Shown one piece after another: positions 54,942-64,000 of a stretch of 64,000 nt of DNA. Location: positions 86,682 to 150,681 of the forward strand of contig CANEZP010000008.1 of NCBI GenBank assembly GCA_947444305.1, written 5' to 3'. Below the pieces are notes generated by a model. The model saw only the letters and a program-made list of their open reading frames with translations. It was not told where the DNA came from and did not search any database. Numbering within the stretch: position 1 is the first letter of the stretch; every line of letters starts with the position of its first letter. This DNA comes from Pseudobdellovibrionaceae bacterium. GTDB taxonomy: Bacteria > Bdellovibrionota > Bdellovibrionia > Bdellovibrionales > UBA1609. Position numbers and translations under genes: made by a program.

Positions 54942-55934
54942 ATGGTGCTCAAACGGGGCTTAGTATTTATTTTAGTGGCACTTTTCTCGAGTCAGGGGCA
55001 CGCGCATTCCAAACGTTTGTGTTCAACCGATCTCGAAACGAACGCAATCAGCGTCGCGAAGCAAAAGGTTGAAGACCTCCTCCGGAAAAATAATCGTGTC
55101 TTGCGGGCGCCGGTCGCGGACCTACAAATCTACATCTCGGGCAGTCTTCTTCGAAAAGCCCGTGCGCTCGTTAATGAGCATAAGGTGTCCAACGGGCTTT
55201 CCGAACAAAAAGTACGTACGCTGCTGGATTCCATCGTTCGACATCCACGGAATAAAAATATCTTCGATTTCTCGGCGTTTCGGGCGAACGATGCATTTTC
55301 TGATTTCGTAAAATACTTAGTCGAACCGGACGACTTAAATTTCGCGCTCAGATTGCGTTTGTTCGTTAACCGGCAAATTTGGATGGGATATTACGGCCGG
55401 CAAAATACTTCCGGATACATGGCTGCGCAAACCGCCTTTGAGAATTACATCGCGCTTTCAAAAGAGCGTGAGGTTTTGTTCGGAGAAGATCAGGAAGATT
55501 ACGGAAGCAAAACCGTGCGCGAACTTGGTTTCTACAGACACCGAATCCGGGTTTTGATTGACGCCATCGAACGACATTATTTGCACAACGTTACCCTGCC
55601 CGGCGAAGTCAACTCTCTGATCGATGAGATGATATTCTCAAACGCGGGAATCTACGAATTCCGTGATCGCATCGCGGACGTTGAATCAAATTTAAATGCG
55701 TCATCAAACGTCGACGAGGCTTGGGATTTAAAATCATTAGCGGCGGAAGGCGGGATGATCACTTCGTTAGCCCAATTCGAGTCCGAGGAAAAACGCCCTT
55801 CGTTGCGCAACATCGTTGCGCGCGACAACCGCAAAAGGTTGATGCCCGAGGGGCATTACGAACGCATAAGCTATCTTGAAGAGCAGCTTAAAAAAGTGAA
55901 CCAAATTCTTTTCCGTGCAGGTTCAGGCAACTAG
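54942..55934 (+). CDS. Secreted hypothetical protein
   Basis: ATG 54942 follows GAGGA. Signal peptide MVLKRGLVFILVALFSSQGHA. No motif recognised. Confidence 0.55.
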   Translation: MVLKRGLVFILVALFSSQGHAHSKRLCSTDLETNAISVAKQKVEDLLRKNNRVLRAPVADLQIYISGSLLRKARALVNEHKVSNGLSEQKVRTLLDSIVRHPRNKNIFDFSAFRANDAFSDFVKYLVEPDDLNFALRLRLFVNRQIWMGYYGRQNTSGYMAAQTAFENYIALSKEREVLFGEDQEDYGSKTVRELGFYRHRIRVLIDAIERHYLHNVTLPGEVNSLIDEMIFSNAGIYEFRDRIADVESNLNASSNVDEAWDLKSLAAEGGMITSLAQFESEEKRPSLRNIVARDNRKRLMPEGHYERISYLEEQLKKVNQILFRAGSGN

Positions 55935-56085
55935 AGCGGGCCGGGATAACCGAACCGCTGTTTTGATCTCTTCGCCGTAAAACTTTCAGAACTGCCCTCT
56001 TCTTTAACATTTAGGTAGGTTTTCTCTCAACGCATCGACGCCGTGGCCGAGGTCGGCTGGCGGTCGGATTGCAATTCGCTCAACC

Positions 56086-57180
56086 ATGATACTAACCACT
56101 GAAGATGTCCTAAGCCTGCAAGGGCCAGCTCTCGCCCGCCTCACCGAGGAATTCGGGGCGGTTCGTGACGTTCATTCGCTCTACCTTCACTTTCGATTTC
56201 AATACCTCCAGGGTAACGTCGCAGCGATGCAGAACCTCCTTGAGGAGCATACAAATCTGATTCAGGCTGAAGGATCTTGGCTCAGAGAACTTTTGCGGCT
56301 TCGCCTAGCCATTAGAACGAAGCAAGATTTAGCGGAAATTTGCGCGCGGGCGAGCGAAGCGTTTGCCGTCCTGACTGCCCCGGCTTGGCGGGGGGAAGCA
56401 TTCATGGTGTTGGCCATGGCCTTAGAAGATGCGCAAAACGATCTGGCGGCGCAAAGCGCTTATCAAAAAAGCGCCGGCGCTTTTCGCGCGGCCGGTATGC
56501 CCAGAAAATCTTTGATCGCACGCTACAACGGGCTAGCGTCACAAACGCGCATAGAAGCCGGTAAAAAATATTTCTTTGAACTACAATCGTTTGCCGACGA
56601 GGCGATTTCGCTCCGTTGTTTTGACCTTGCCGGTACGGCGCTCGCAAATCTTTCGCGTGATTGCCAATTGGCCGGGGCACCCGAACTTGCGTTGAAGCAT
56701 TGCGCGGAAGCCCTGCACTACTTGCGCGCGCACGACTTCGGTACCCTTCAGTACTTCCTGACCGTAGCCCACCATCTTAATTTACTTCTGCAGCTTTCGA
56801 AGTGGGATGAGGCCGTCGTTTACTACGAAGAGTTACGGCTCTCACCCTTCAACGAAACGAAAGAGATCAGCACGGTCATTACCGACTATCTCAACGCGAA
56901 GAAAGAAGAACCCGATTACGCGCACTTGCCACTGACCTGGCGAGAACGCCGGAAAGATCTGCTGGCGCAAAAATCAGTTCGCTTTACCGCGAAAGAGCGG
57001 CAGCTAGTGGAAAGTTTGACGTGCGGACCGTTAAGTCTCGGGGAGCTTACCGGTCGATTGTACGGCGCTAAAATTGATTTCGAAAGCGGCGTCGCGCGTA
57101 CCAAACAGCTTCTTCATCGCTTGAAACAAAAAGCGCCCCAACTGATCGTGCGCGAAGATGACAAATATGTTTTGGCGTAG
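56086..57180 (+). CDS. Putative regulator: TPR-like helical N-domain plus C-terminal winged-helix
   Basis: 364 aa. The C-terminal FTAKERQLVESLTCGPLSLGELTGRLYGAKIDFESGVARTKQLLHRLKQK resembles an OmpR/wHTH-type output. Overlaps the next gene by 23 nt. Confidence 0.5.
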   Translation: MILTTEDVLSLQGPALARLTEEFGAVRDVHSLYLHFRFQYLQGNVAAMQNLLEEHTNLIQAEGSWLRELLRLRLAIRTKQDLAEICARASEAFAVLTAPAWRGEAFMVLAMALEDAQNDLAAQSAYQKSAGAFRAAGMPRKSLIARYNGLASQTRIEAGKKYFFELQSFADEAISLRCFDLAGTALANLSRDCQLAGAPELALKHCAEALHYLRAHDFGTLQYFLTVAHHLNLLLQLSKWDEAVVYYEELRLSPFNETKEISTVITDYLNAKKEEPDYAHLPLTWRERRKDLLAQKSVRFTAKERQLVESLTCGPLSLGELTGRLYGAKIDFESGVARTKQLLHRLKQKAPQLIVREDDKYVLA

Positions 57181-59176
57181 CCTTTTAACCATACTCTTTG
57201 CGGCCCTGACCATCCCCGCCGCGCAGGCCCTGCCTCAAGGAATCGTCGAAGTCTATTCGGCCTACACGGATGTGCAAAACGGCAATGTCAAAGTCGTTAA
57301 GGGCTATGGCTTCATCGTGAAGCTCGTATTCGATTCGACGGATGCGAAAGGTGGGCACGTCTTCGTGATCCAAACCGTCTCGCATTTAAGCCAAGGCGGT
57401 TTGGGGCCCGATCGGCTGCCCCGCACGGCGGTAAAGTTTAACCTGAATGATGGCCGCGAAGTCGTCGGCCGATATGGCCTTGCTCCATTAGCGACCGAAC
57501 TCGGGCCCGTGACGAAGGGGATCGAATCCGAAGCGATGCTCCTGGGTTCGCGTTTTTCTAACGTCAAAGATAGTGAGCTTCTGATTATCGATCCGGGCTA
57601 TCGCGGTCGCGCGCACATTTCAGAACTCATCGAGATCCGCGTAGAGCGCGGACAGATTATATCGTACGAAATGAAGATTGATCCGAGCACGATGCTTGAA
57701 AGCAAGGACGGCTGGCGGGTCAAAAAAATTCGTAAGGATTTAGGCATTATCTGTCCCGTTGAATTTAAAAGTTGTTCGGTGGATGACGACGCCGTCCTCG
57801 GCGATGGTCCGATGAACCACTTTTCTCATCTGATCAAAGTGGAAGGCTACATTCAAACCGAATACGATTGGCTGGTCTTCACGCGCACCGAACAAGGCAT
57901 GAGCGGTTTGCCGGTCGTTTCCTTTATGGAGTCGGCTTCGAACGCGGGCCACGTAAAGAAATTTAAATCGAGCTTAGTTGGTTCTGTCATGGGCGCGATC
58001 AGCTCAAGCTCACGCCAGAGCGACGAGACCTGGGCTACGTTCCTCGACCCGCTCGCCGATTTCCTGAGCTGGATGAACGCCGGCGGACAAAGCTCGTCGC
58101 TCGCCGACGTGCGAGTCATCGGCGCGGAAAAAGTTTTTTGGGAACTCGAGGCCGGAATTTTACGGCGTAAGCTGATCGGTGAGAACCACACTTACGTGGA
58201 ATGGTCGCCCGATACTCTGCCCGATCTAACTTCCGCCCCGAAAGCCCGCTGCGAGAACGGCGGCGCTTTTCGCCATGACAACGGCGGCGACCTGCCCGGT
58301 GACCCGTGCGGGGTGACCAAAATGGCGACCGGTAAAGGTGGATTTAAAATCGCAGACTCTACCGGTCGGTTCAGCAAATCTAACTTGTTAATCATGTCCC
58401 ATCCGGCGCATACGCGGATCGTACCGGCAACCGTCGCGGGCATGGCGCTTTCGCATTACGCAAAGGCGTTTGATTCGGCCAGGCTGCGGGCCGGTGGCTA
58501 CGCGGGCATGACCTTCACCGAGTATACGGATGAAGTGCGGTCGGTCCGCTGGGACCCGTTTCGTGAATTGTACGATTCATTTTACCGGCGTGCGCCCGTC
58601 ACCGGAGAGGATCGTGATTTCCTCGCCAGGCAGAAAGTTGATGTCGCAGATCTCGTGGTTGAAAAATTCACGGGCCAACTGAACGTGAGCAAGGTCTTGC
58701 GCAACGGTGGCGCTCAAGTCGTCTCCGATGCGAAAGCGCAGCTCGAAATTCTGTCGGTTATTCGCAAGGACGGTGAACTCGCCGGCAGCTTTTTCAAGTT
58801 GTCGTTTGAAGGCCACGAGATCAGCCGTTGGATCAGCTTCTCGGAAGATCGTGATATTTACCGGGGTGAGATCCAAACTTTTGCCCCCTACGTCACCGTT
58901 CGGTTCAAGGGTAAACCCGCGAGCCTTGAGCTTGCGGGCATGCTCTCGCACAACCCCGACCGCATGAACATTCCCGACTTGCGTTTAAATCACGTGCGGG
59001 CCATCACCCCGGCGGAGTTACCCGCCGGTTTAAAAACACCCGTCCATAAATTCTTCGAGATGAAGAAGATCGACGGTGATGTTTCGATTAAAACGGTCTT
59101 TAGCCTGCAAACCGAGAGTGAAACCTTTTACTTCAGCCTAGCCGCTTCGCAAACGGCCAAGGCTTCGTCTTGGTGA
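57158..59176 (+). CDS. Secreted protein with N-terminal trypsin-like (S1/Trypsin_2-like) domain and large unknown C-terminal region
   Basis: 672 aa. Signal peptide. GYGFIV...VIQTVSHLS (His), DSELLIID (Asp), TEQGMSGLPVV (Ser) in the canonical order. Confidence 0.55.
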   Translation: MTNMFWRSLLTILFAALTIPAAQALPQGIVEVYSAYTDVQNGNVKVVKGYGFIVKLVFDSTDAKGGHVFVIQTVSHLSQGGLGPDRLPRTAVKFNLNDGREVVGRYGLAPLATELGPVTKGIESEAMLLGSRFSNVKDSELLIIDPGYRGRAHISELIEIRVERGQIISYEMKIDPSTMLESKDGWRVKKIRKDLGIICPVEFKSCSVDDDAVLGDGPMNHFSHLIKVEGYIQTEYDWLVFTRTEQGMSGLPVVSFMESASNAGHVKKFKSSLVGSVMGAISSSSRQSDETWATFLDPLADFLSWMNAGGQSSSLADVRVIGAEKVFWELEAGILRRKLIGENHTYVEWSPDTLPDLTSAPKARCENGGAFRHDNGGDLPGDPCGVTKMATGKGGFKIADSTGRFSKSNLLIMSHPAHTRIVPATVAGMALSHYAKAFDSARLRAGGYAGMTFTEYTDEVRSVRWDPFRELYDSFYRRAPVTGEDRDFLARQKVDVADLVVEKFTGQLNVSKVLRNGGAQVVSDAKAQLEILSVIRKDGELAGSFFKLSFEGHEISRWISFSEDRDIYRGEIQTFAPYVTVRFKGKPASLELAGMLSHNPDRMNIPDLRLNHVRAITPAELPAGLKTPVHKFFEMKKIDGDVSIKTVFSLQTESETFYFSLAASQTAKASSW

Positions 59177-59757
59177 TCGAAAAAGCGGAAGTCTTTCACC
59201 ACCTCCTGACCGCGTTTCAATCGGTAACCGCCGGTGCAAAAGAGGGCGCGGCATTGCTCGTAAAAGCGTTCGCAGAGCATACCGTTAACCGGTTCGGGCG
59301 ATGTTGCTTTCTGGTAAGGACCTTCCGCTTTCAAGACCCGGTATTCAACATCAACCGCTTCGGGAATATAGATAACCAGCGGGCGATGTTTTTTGACGTC
59401 GATCACTAAGCTACTCCGGCCATAGATCGTCTCGGGTTTTGTTTCCGAACAGGCTTTCATCGTACCCGTATATCCCCCGTTCGCCTGTACATCGTAGTAA
59501 GGGTAGTACTCTTCAATTAGGGCCGACTTAATCTCGCCTTTAAGAACTTTCCCGTTGCAGTCGGAGTTGGGCAAGAACTTCGAAATGATGAGCTCCACCT
59601 TGTGCTCATTCGAGGATAATTTTGGAAGATCGATGACCACGCGACGTTTACCGTCTTTCGTTTCGGGATACTGGTCAAGGAGGCCGGTGGCTCCGGCGGT
59701 TGTGCCGCAAATAAATGTCAGGACGAGCGCGATTTGAGTGAACATAGAATTCTCCAT
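59128..59757 (-). CDS. eco: Ecotin-family serine protease inhibitor with Cys-rich C-terminal extension
   Basis: 209 aa. Signal peptide. YPETKDGKRRVVIDLP, VELIISK...DCNG, reactive-loop-like GTMKAC, RPLVIYIPEAVDVEYRVLKAE parallel to E. coli ecotin as I recall it. Confidence 0.85.
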   Translation of the reverse strand: MENSMFTQIALVLTFICGTTAGATGLLDQYPETKDGKRRVVIDLPKLSSNEHKVELIISKFLPNSDCNGKVLKGEIKSALIEEYYPYYDVQANGGYTGTMKACSETKPETIYGRSSLVIDVKKHRPLVIYIPEAVDVEYRVLKAEGPYQKATSPEPVNGMLCERFYEQCRALFCTGGYRLKRGQEVVKDFRFFDHQDEALAVCEAARLK

Positions 59758-60007
59758 CGTAAGGGTTTTAGGTTTATCTAACTGGCGCAGAAAATAGCGC
59801 CGCGTTGTCCCAAATCCCAGTTACAAACAGTTATAATTCACTCGGATTCTATGGAATTTATTTAGGATTCGGCCCACCCGGCATTTCGCAACGTCAAGAT
59901 TTCTTGATGGGCGGGACACGGACCGACGTGGCGGAATTCGCGAGGGATCGTACTAGACCGAGACACTTCCGGCTCAACTTTCGCCCGGAAATTGTCGTTG
60001 GAGAGAT

Positions 60008-62086
60008 GTGGTTGCAACCGTTGTACGTCATTTCAAAAAAGCCGCCGATCATCCCGGGAGTGAACTGGGTCAGGGCCTTCTACGCGTCGCCGTCAACATC
60101 CCCTTTTCCATATTTGGCTGGCAGTTGCTCGCCGGCACCACGCTGCTCCCGAACCCTCTGCTTTTCTTTGCGGTCGGAAACTTCAATGCCCTTCTGATCT
60201 TGCTACACATTATTTGGCGACCAAACCCGAACGATACGAGACGCATTCTCGGCACCATCAACGATCAATTGTTGATCACCTATTTTCTGTATTACATCGG
60301 CCTCACGGGCGCCGTGTACTTTTTCGTCTTTTCTTTCTTAACGGTAGGCAACGGCTTCCGCTACGGTGGGCGCTACCTTGCGTTCTCGGGTTTACTCGGT
60401 GGCGCGGGAATTTTAACGCTGATCTTTTTATCGCCGGCTTGGGTCGGGCACACCGATATGGGATGCAGTGTTTTGCTCTCGCACATCATGGTGAGCGGTT
60501 ATACCGGGCTACTGCTGCACCGGTTGCGAACGACCCAACAACGAGAATTGAAAAGCCATTCCATCCTGAGTTCGATTATCGAGAACAGCCCGTCGGTTAT
60601 TTTCGTGAAAGATGCCGACGGAAGATACTTATTAGTTAACAAAAAATTTGAACAGAATTTAGGTTTTACCGCGGACCAGGTCATCGGTAAAACCGGCCGC
60701 GAGATCTATCCTGCGGAGTTCGCCAAAGACTATGCTCAACACGATAAGCTCGTGCTTGAATCAAAATCCCACATTCAACACGAAGAGATCGCTCCGCACC
60801 CGGACGGCTTACATTCTTATTTCACGGTAAGATTTCCGATCCGCAATCCGAGCGGCGAGATCGTCGGCATCGGCGGCATCGCCACCGACGTGACCGAAAA
60901 CAAAAAGTTTGAGACCGAACGCGCGGAACTTCGAATTCGTGAGCGCACCGCGGTCGAGGCCTCTTTAATGAAGTCATCCTTTCTCGCGAACATGAGCCAT
61001 GAACTGCGAACACCTTTGCACGGCATAATGGGTATGGCCGACCTTCTGCGCTCGACGATTCTGACGGCCGAGCAGAAGTCCTTCAACGATACGGTCACCC
61101 AGTGTGCGGAGTCCCTGCTCACCCTCGTGAACGATATTTTAGATTTATCGAAGGCCGAAGCCGGCAAGATCGAGCTGGAATCGATTGACTTCGATCTCCA
61201 CAAAGTGACGACGGATCTAGACATGATGTTGCAGTTAGCCGCGCAACGAAAAGGATTGAGACTCAGTTTCCAAATTGAGGATAACGTTCCGCAATTCCTT
61301 AAGGCCGATCCCACGCGGATTCGCCAAGTTTTGCTGAACCTATTGACCAACGCGATCAAATTCACCGATTCGGGTTATGTTAGCGCGGTCATCCGAGCCG
61401 AGCGCCGGGAAGATAAAATCTATTTGCGTTGCGAGGTGCAAGACACGGGCATCGGCGTGAAAGAAGAAGCACGCGAACGTTTATTTATGCCCTTCTCCCA
61501 AGCGGACGCTTCGACCACGCGCAAATTCGGCGGTACGGGATTGGGTCTCTCGATTTCGAAACGTTTAGTGGATTTAATGAAAGGCGAAATCGGCGTACAA
61601 GCCCGCTTAGGCGGAGGCACGACGTTTTGGTTCACGTTACCCGTCATCGAAGTGGGTCAGCTCGCGCCGGGTCCCGAAGCCGTGGCGCTTCCGTACTTGC
61701 ATCATGCATTGAAGGTATTAGTCGTGGAGGACAACCGAGTTAACCAAATGCTGGCGATTCGCATGCTCCAAACGATGGGTCACCAAAACCGCGTGGTCAA
61801 TAACGGTCTCGAAGCTTTGATGGCGCTGAATCAAAGTCACTACGATTTGATTTTGATGGATTGCCACATGCCGGAGATGGACGGTCTCGAAGCTACGCGC
61901 ATGATTCGGGCCGGTAAGACCCTGGGCCCACGCGACACACGCATCATCGCACTTACCGCCAACGCGATGGCCGGTGACCGCGAGCGCTGTTTAGAAGCGG
62001 GAATGAATGACTACGTGGCCAAACCCATGAAAATATCGGATCTGCAATCGGCCATCGACCGGGTCATGGCGAAACCGACCGGCTAA
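60008..62086 (+). CDS. Hybrid sensor histidine kinase (TM sensor, PAS, HisKA, HATPase_c, REC)
   Basis: 692 aa. H-box SHELRTPLH, N/G boxes (LLTNAIKF, DTGIG, GGTGLGLS), receiver VLVVEDN...LILMDCHMPEMDG...K. Confidence 0.9.
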   Translation: MVATVVRHFKKAADHPGSELGQGLLRVAVNIPFSIFGWQLLAGTTLLPNPLLFFAVGNFNALLILLHIIWRPNPNDTRRILGTINDQLLITYFLYYIGLTGAVYFFVFSFLTVGNGFRYGGRYLAFSGLLGGAGILTLIFLSPAWVGHTDMGCSVLLSHIMVSGYTGLLLHRLRTTQQRELKSHSILSSIIENSPSVIFVKDADGRYLLVNKKFEQNLGFTADQVIGKTGREIYPAEFAKDYAQHDKLVLESKSHIQHEEIAPHPDGLHSYFTVRFPIRNPSGEIVGIGGIATDVTENKKFETERAELRIRERTAVEASLMKSSFLANMSHELRTPLHGIMGMADLLRSTILTAEQKSFNDTVTQCAESLLTLVNDILDLSKAEAGKIELESIDFDLHKVTTDLDMMLQLAAQRKGLRLSFQIEDNVPQFLKADPTRIRQVLLNLLTNAIKFTDSGYVSAVIRAERREDKIYLRCEVQDTGIGVKEEARERLFMPFSQADASTTRKFGGTGLGLSISKRLVDLMKGEIGVQARLGGGTTFWFTLPVIEVGQLAPGPEAVALPYLHHALKVLVVEDNRVNQMLAIRMLQTMGHQNRVVNNGLEALMALNQSHYDLILMDCHMPEMDGLEATRMIRAGKTLGPRDTRIIALTANAMAGDRERCLEAGMNDYVAKPMKISDLQSAIDRVMAKPTG

Positions 62087-62117
62087 AGCTGGCGCCGGAT
62101 TTACTTCCCGAAAGCGA

Positions 62118-62747
62118 ATGCGAAACCGTAAAGACATTCACCCCGCCTCCCCACCCCAAACAAAAGATTTAAAACAATTGCGATCGGCCGCGAAAGATTG
62201 CACCGCGTGCCCGCTTCATCTCCTCGGAACTCAAACCGTGTTCGGTGAGGGGCCGAGAAAAGCTACCGTCATGCTCGTCGGTGAGCAGCCCGGTAATCAG
62301 GAGGATCTTCGGGGCCAACCCTTCGTTGGTCCGTCGGGAAAGATTATCGATGACCTATGTGACGAATTAGGAATCGACCGCGCGGACGTTTACGTGACGA
62401 ACGCGGTGAAACATTTTAAATGGCACGCGCGTGGTAAGATTCGCCTCCACCAAAAACCCGATCTGTCGGAAATTGCCGCCTGCCACCCGTGGCTCGAAGC
62501 GGAGATCAATAGCGTTCAACCACGGATAATTTTATGTCTGGGTGCAACGGCGGCGCGCGCGGTTCTAGGTAAAACCACCGCGATCGGTGCCTCGCGCGGC
62601 AAATCCTTCGAAGCGTCGGGCGCAAAGGTTCTGGTCACGTGGCATCCTTCGGCTATCTTACGTAGCCCGGAACTTAAATCGCGCGAGGAAAAGTTGAAGG
62701 ATTTGAAAGCTGACCTAAAGGCCGCGTGGGCAGCTACCGAACTTTAG
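62118..62747 (+). CDS. Family-4-type uracil-DNA glycosylase, UdgX-like subgroup
   Basis: 209 aa. CTACPL, GEQPGNQEDLRGQPFVGPSG, VTNAVKHFKWHARGKIRLHQKP (R-loop-like with His), HPSAILR. Confidence 0.8.
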   Translation: MRNRKDIHPASPPQTKDLKQLRSAAKDCTACPLHLLGTQTVFGEGPRKATVMLVGEQPGNQEDLRGQPFVGPSGKIIDDLCDELGIDRADVYVTNAVKHFKWHARGKIRLHQKPDLSEIAACHPWLEAEINSVQPRIILCLGATAARAVLGKTTAIGASRGKSFEASGAKVLVTWHPSAILRSPELKSREEKLKDLKADLKAAWAATEL

Positions 62748-63849
62748 CCCCTCCAAGGGGATCGACGAGTTGGAGTTTTTTTGGAGAGTCCGGTGTGTCT
62801 AAGAGTTGGGGGAACTGCTTGCTAACGTCGTAAGAAAACTGCCTCATCAATTCGGCGGTAAGATCCGCATTTTTCTTTAGCTCCTCGCGTGAGTACGGAT
62901 GCTGCGTAGACAAATTGTCGTAAATCTCATCGACGGCCATCGGCTTTGAGAAGTGGACGTCGATGAACTTGCCTTTTTTAGCGATCGCTTCGCTAAAGAA
63001 CCAGATGATCCGTTCGTAGTCGCCACCGCCGAAGAGCTTACGGTACTTATAAAACGCTTTGCTGTTCACGCTATCGACGTTTGCGAAAACGATGTCGGCT
63101 TTCGCGCGCCTGGCGAGTTGGATGAAGCCACTCTGCCAAGAGTTGACCTCATCGTAAACGTTTGCGGGATACTTCGCCCCCGCGTTCATCCCCGCGACGT
63201 GACCCGCCGGAAACACAATAAGCGCGCCGCCCATTCGCAATACCTTCAGCGCAGTTTCCGCACCCTTTCCGTTGAACTCCTTCATCCTTGCGAGCTTATC
63301 GATGAAATCAGGATCTGATTCTTTTGGCTTATTGATTTCAATGGGGAGCGCCGTGCCCCAACCCGTTTCGTCATCGTAAACGGCGTGCGGGAGTAGATCT
63401 TGAATCCAACGCGCCAGAAACAAAAGCGATGGCGCGTCGGTGCGGGCCTTGCTGACCAAGTACTGCATCGCTAGGCCGTCGGCGATGCCGAGGTGATGAT
63501 TCGCGACGATGATCAACGGCCGGCCCGTGTTCATCGCGTTTAAATAGGCTTGATCGTAGCGAACGGAAATCCCAAGCTCCGCCAAACCCATTTCGCCGAA
63601 GTTGGCGTAATCGAGATAACGGCCAGAATCGCGGAACTCTTTGATCCCTTCCATGTGCTTCGGCAGACCTTTGGCGTAGGCCAAACCGTTGAGGGTTAAT
63701 TTTACGGCATCCTTTTTTAACTGAATGATACGCGGATTGGGTTGCGGCACGAGTACTCGCCGGCAAATGAACGGATCGTCCTCGGCGAGGGCCCAATGCA
63801 TCAAAAAAATCACGGGAAGCAATACGGAAAGTCTCACGATGCGGGGCAT
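62734..63849 (-). CDS. Lysophospholipid (PlsC-like) acyltransferase family protein
   Basis: 371 aa. Signal/TM start. IIVANHHLGIADG (HX4D) and IVFPAGHV blocks. Confidence 0.7.
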   Translation of the reverse strand: MPRIVRLSVLLPVIFLMHWALAEDDPFICRRVLVPQPNPRIIQLKKDAVKLTLNGLAYAKGLPKHMEGIKEFRDSGRYLDYANFGEMGLAELGISVRYDQAYLNAMNTGRPLIIVANHHLGIADGLAMQYLVSKARTDAPSLLFLARWIQDLLPHAVYDDETGWGTALPIEINKPKESDPDFIDKLARMKEFNGKGAETALKVLRMGGALIVFPAGHVAGMNAGAKYPANVYDEVNSWQSGFIQLARRAKADIVFANVDSVNSKAFYKYRKLFGGGDYERIIWFFSEAIAKKGKFIDVHFSKPMAVDEIYDNLSTQHPYSREELKKNADLTAELMRQFSYDVSKQFPQLLDTPDSPKKLQLVDPLGGAKVR

Positions 63850-64000
63850 ACGATGACGGCTCCAAGTATGATGAGTGCAAATGTTCTAATTGGAGCGATA
63901 TATAGCCCATACGTGCTCGGTGTCTAGGGCGATTGCAAAAACCTTCGCGGTTAAATGCAAGGGAGGCGCCTATAGAATTTATAGCGGTTTCGCGATCTTG

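Noticed and set aside
59805-60197. 130-aa ORF upstream of and overlapping the histidine kinase start
   Set aside because: It has no motif and overlaps the kinase N-terminal TM-coding region in another frame. It more likely covers the 5' UTR or promoter region of the kinase.

Overview
This is a 64-kb chromosomal window from a moderately GC-rich Gram-negative bacterium. The gene content includes a Bat/MoxR-type operon, SpoVG, two TIGR02147-like paralogs, many secreted or lipoprotein hypotheticals, and secreted protease-like proteins plus ecotin. By inference only, this points to a Bdellovibrio-like (Bdellovibrionota) lineage. Left core (1-14.1 kb): a batB-batA-hyp-DUF58-moxR operon, a catalytically degenerate M48 homolog, DUF1844, HtrA, an HD-GYP protein, GDPD, SpoVG, a tightly coupled TIGR02147 / HExxH-beta-barrel / lipoprotein operon, and a PAP2 phosphatase. 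A tRNA-Gln(UUG) at 14160-14235 is followed by an accessory region of about 18 kb that looks AT-richer by eye. This region appears to be built by serial integration, because direct repeats of the tRNA 3' end recur at 25664, 28846, 29021, 30041 and (weakly) 30219. Island A (14.2-25.7 kb) carries integrase, excisionase, arsR / acr3-arsH-arsC, copA, cueR with two MerR-type 19-bp-spacer promoters, a multicopper oxidase apparently fused to a CopB-like domain, and YHS-like and haem-binding proteins. Island B (25.7-28.9 kb) carries a paralogous integrase, a secreted ABM protein, TetR and a serine recombinase. Beyond it lie att remnants flanking a secreted Hint-domain (Hedgehog-like GCF) protein, a two-gene nucleotidyltransferase-like / RHH module, and an alkyltransferase-like (ATL) protein. 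Right core (32-64 kb): a TPM-domain protein, a DEDDh exonuclease interrupted by one in-frame TGA, HEAT-like and ankyrin proteins, a two-module U32 protein, rdgB, chorismate mutase, an APC permease, a second HExxH/TIGR02147 locus with a RelE/ParE-like ORF, hemerythrin, a regulator plus S1-like protease convergent with an ecotin homolog, a hybrid histidine kinase, a UdgX-like UDG and an acyltransferase. I saw no rRNA, CRISPR array or transposase. All family assignments come from motif recognition by eye and not from database searches.
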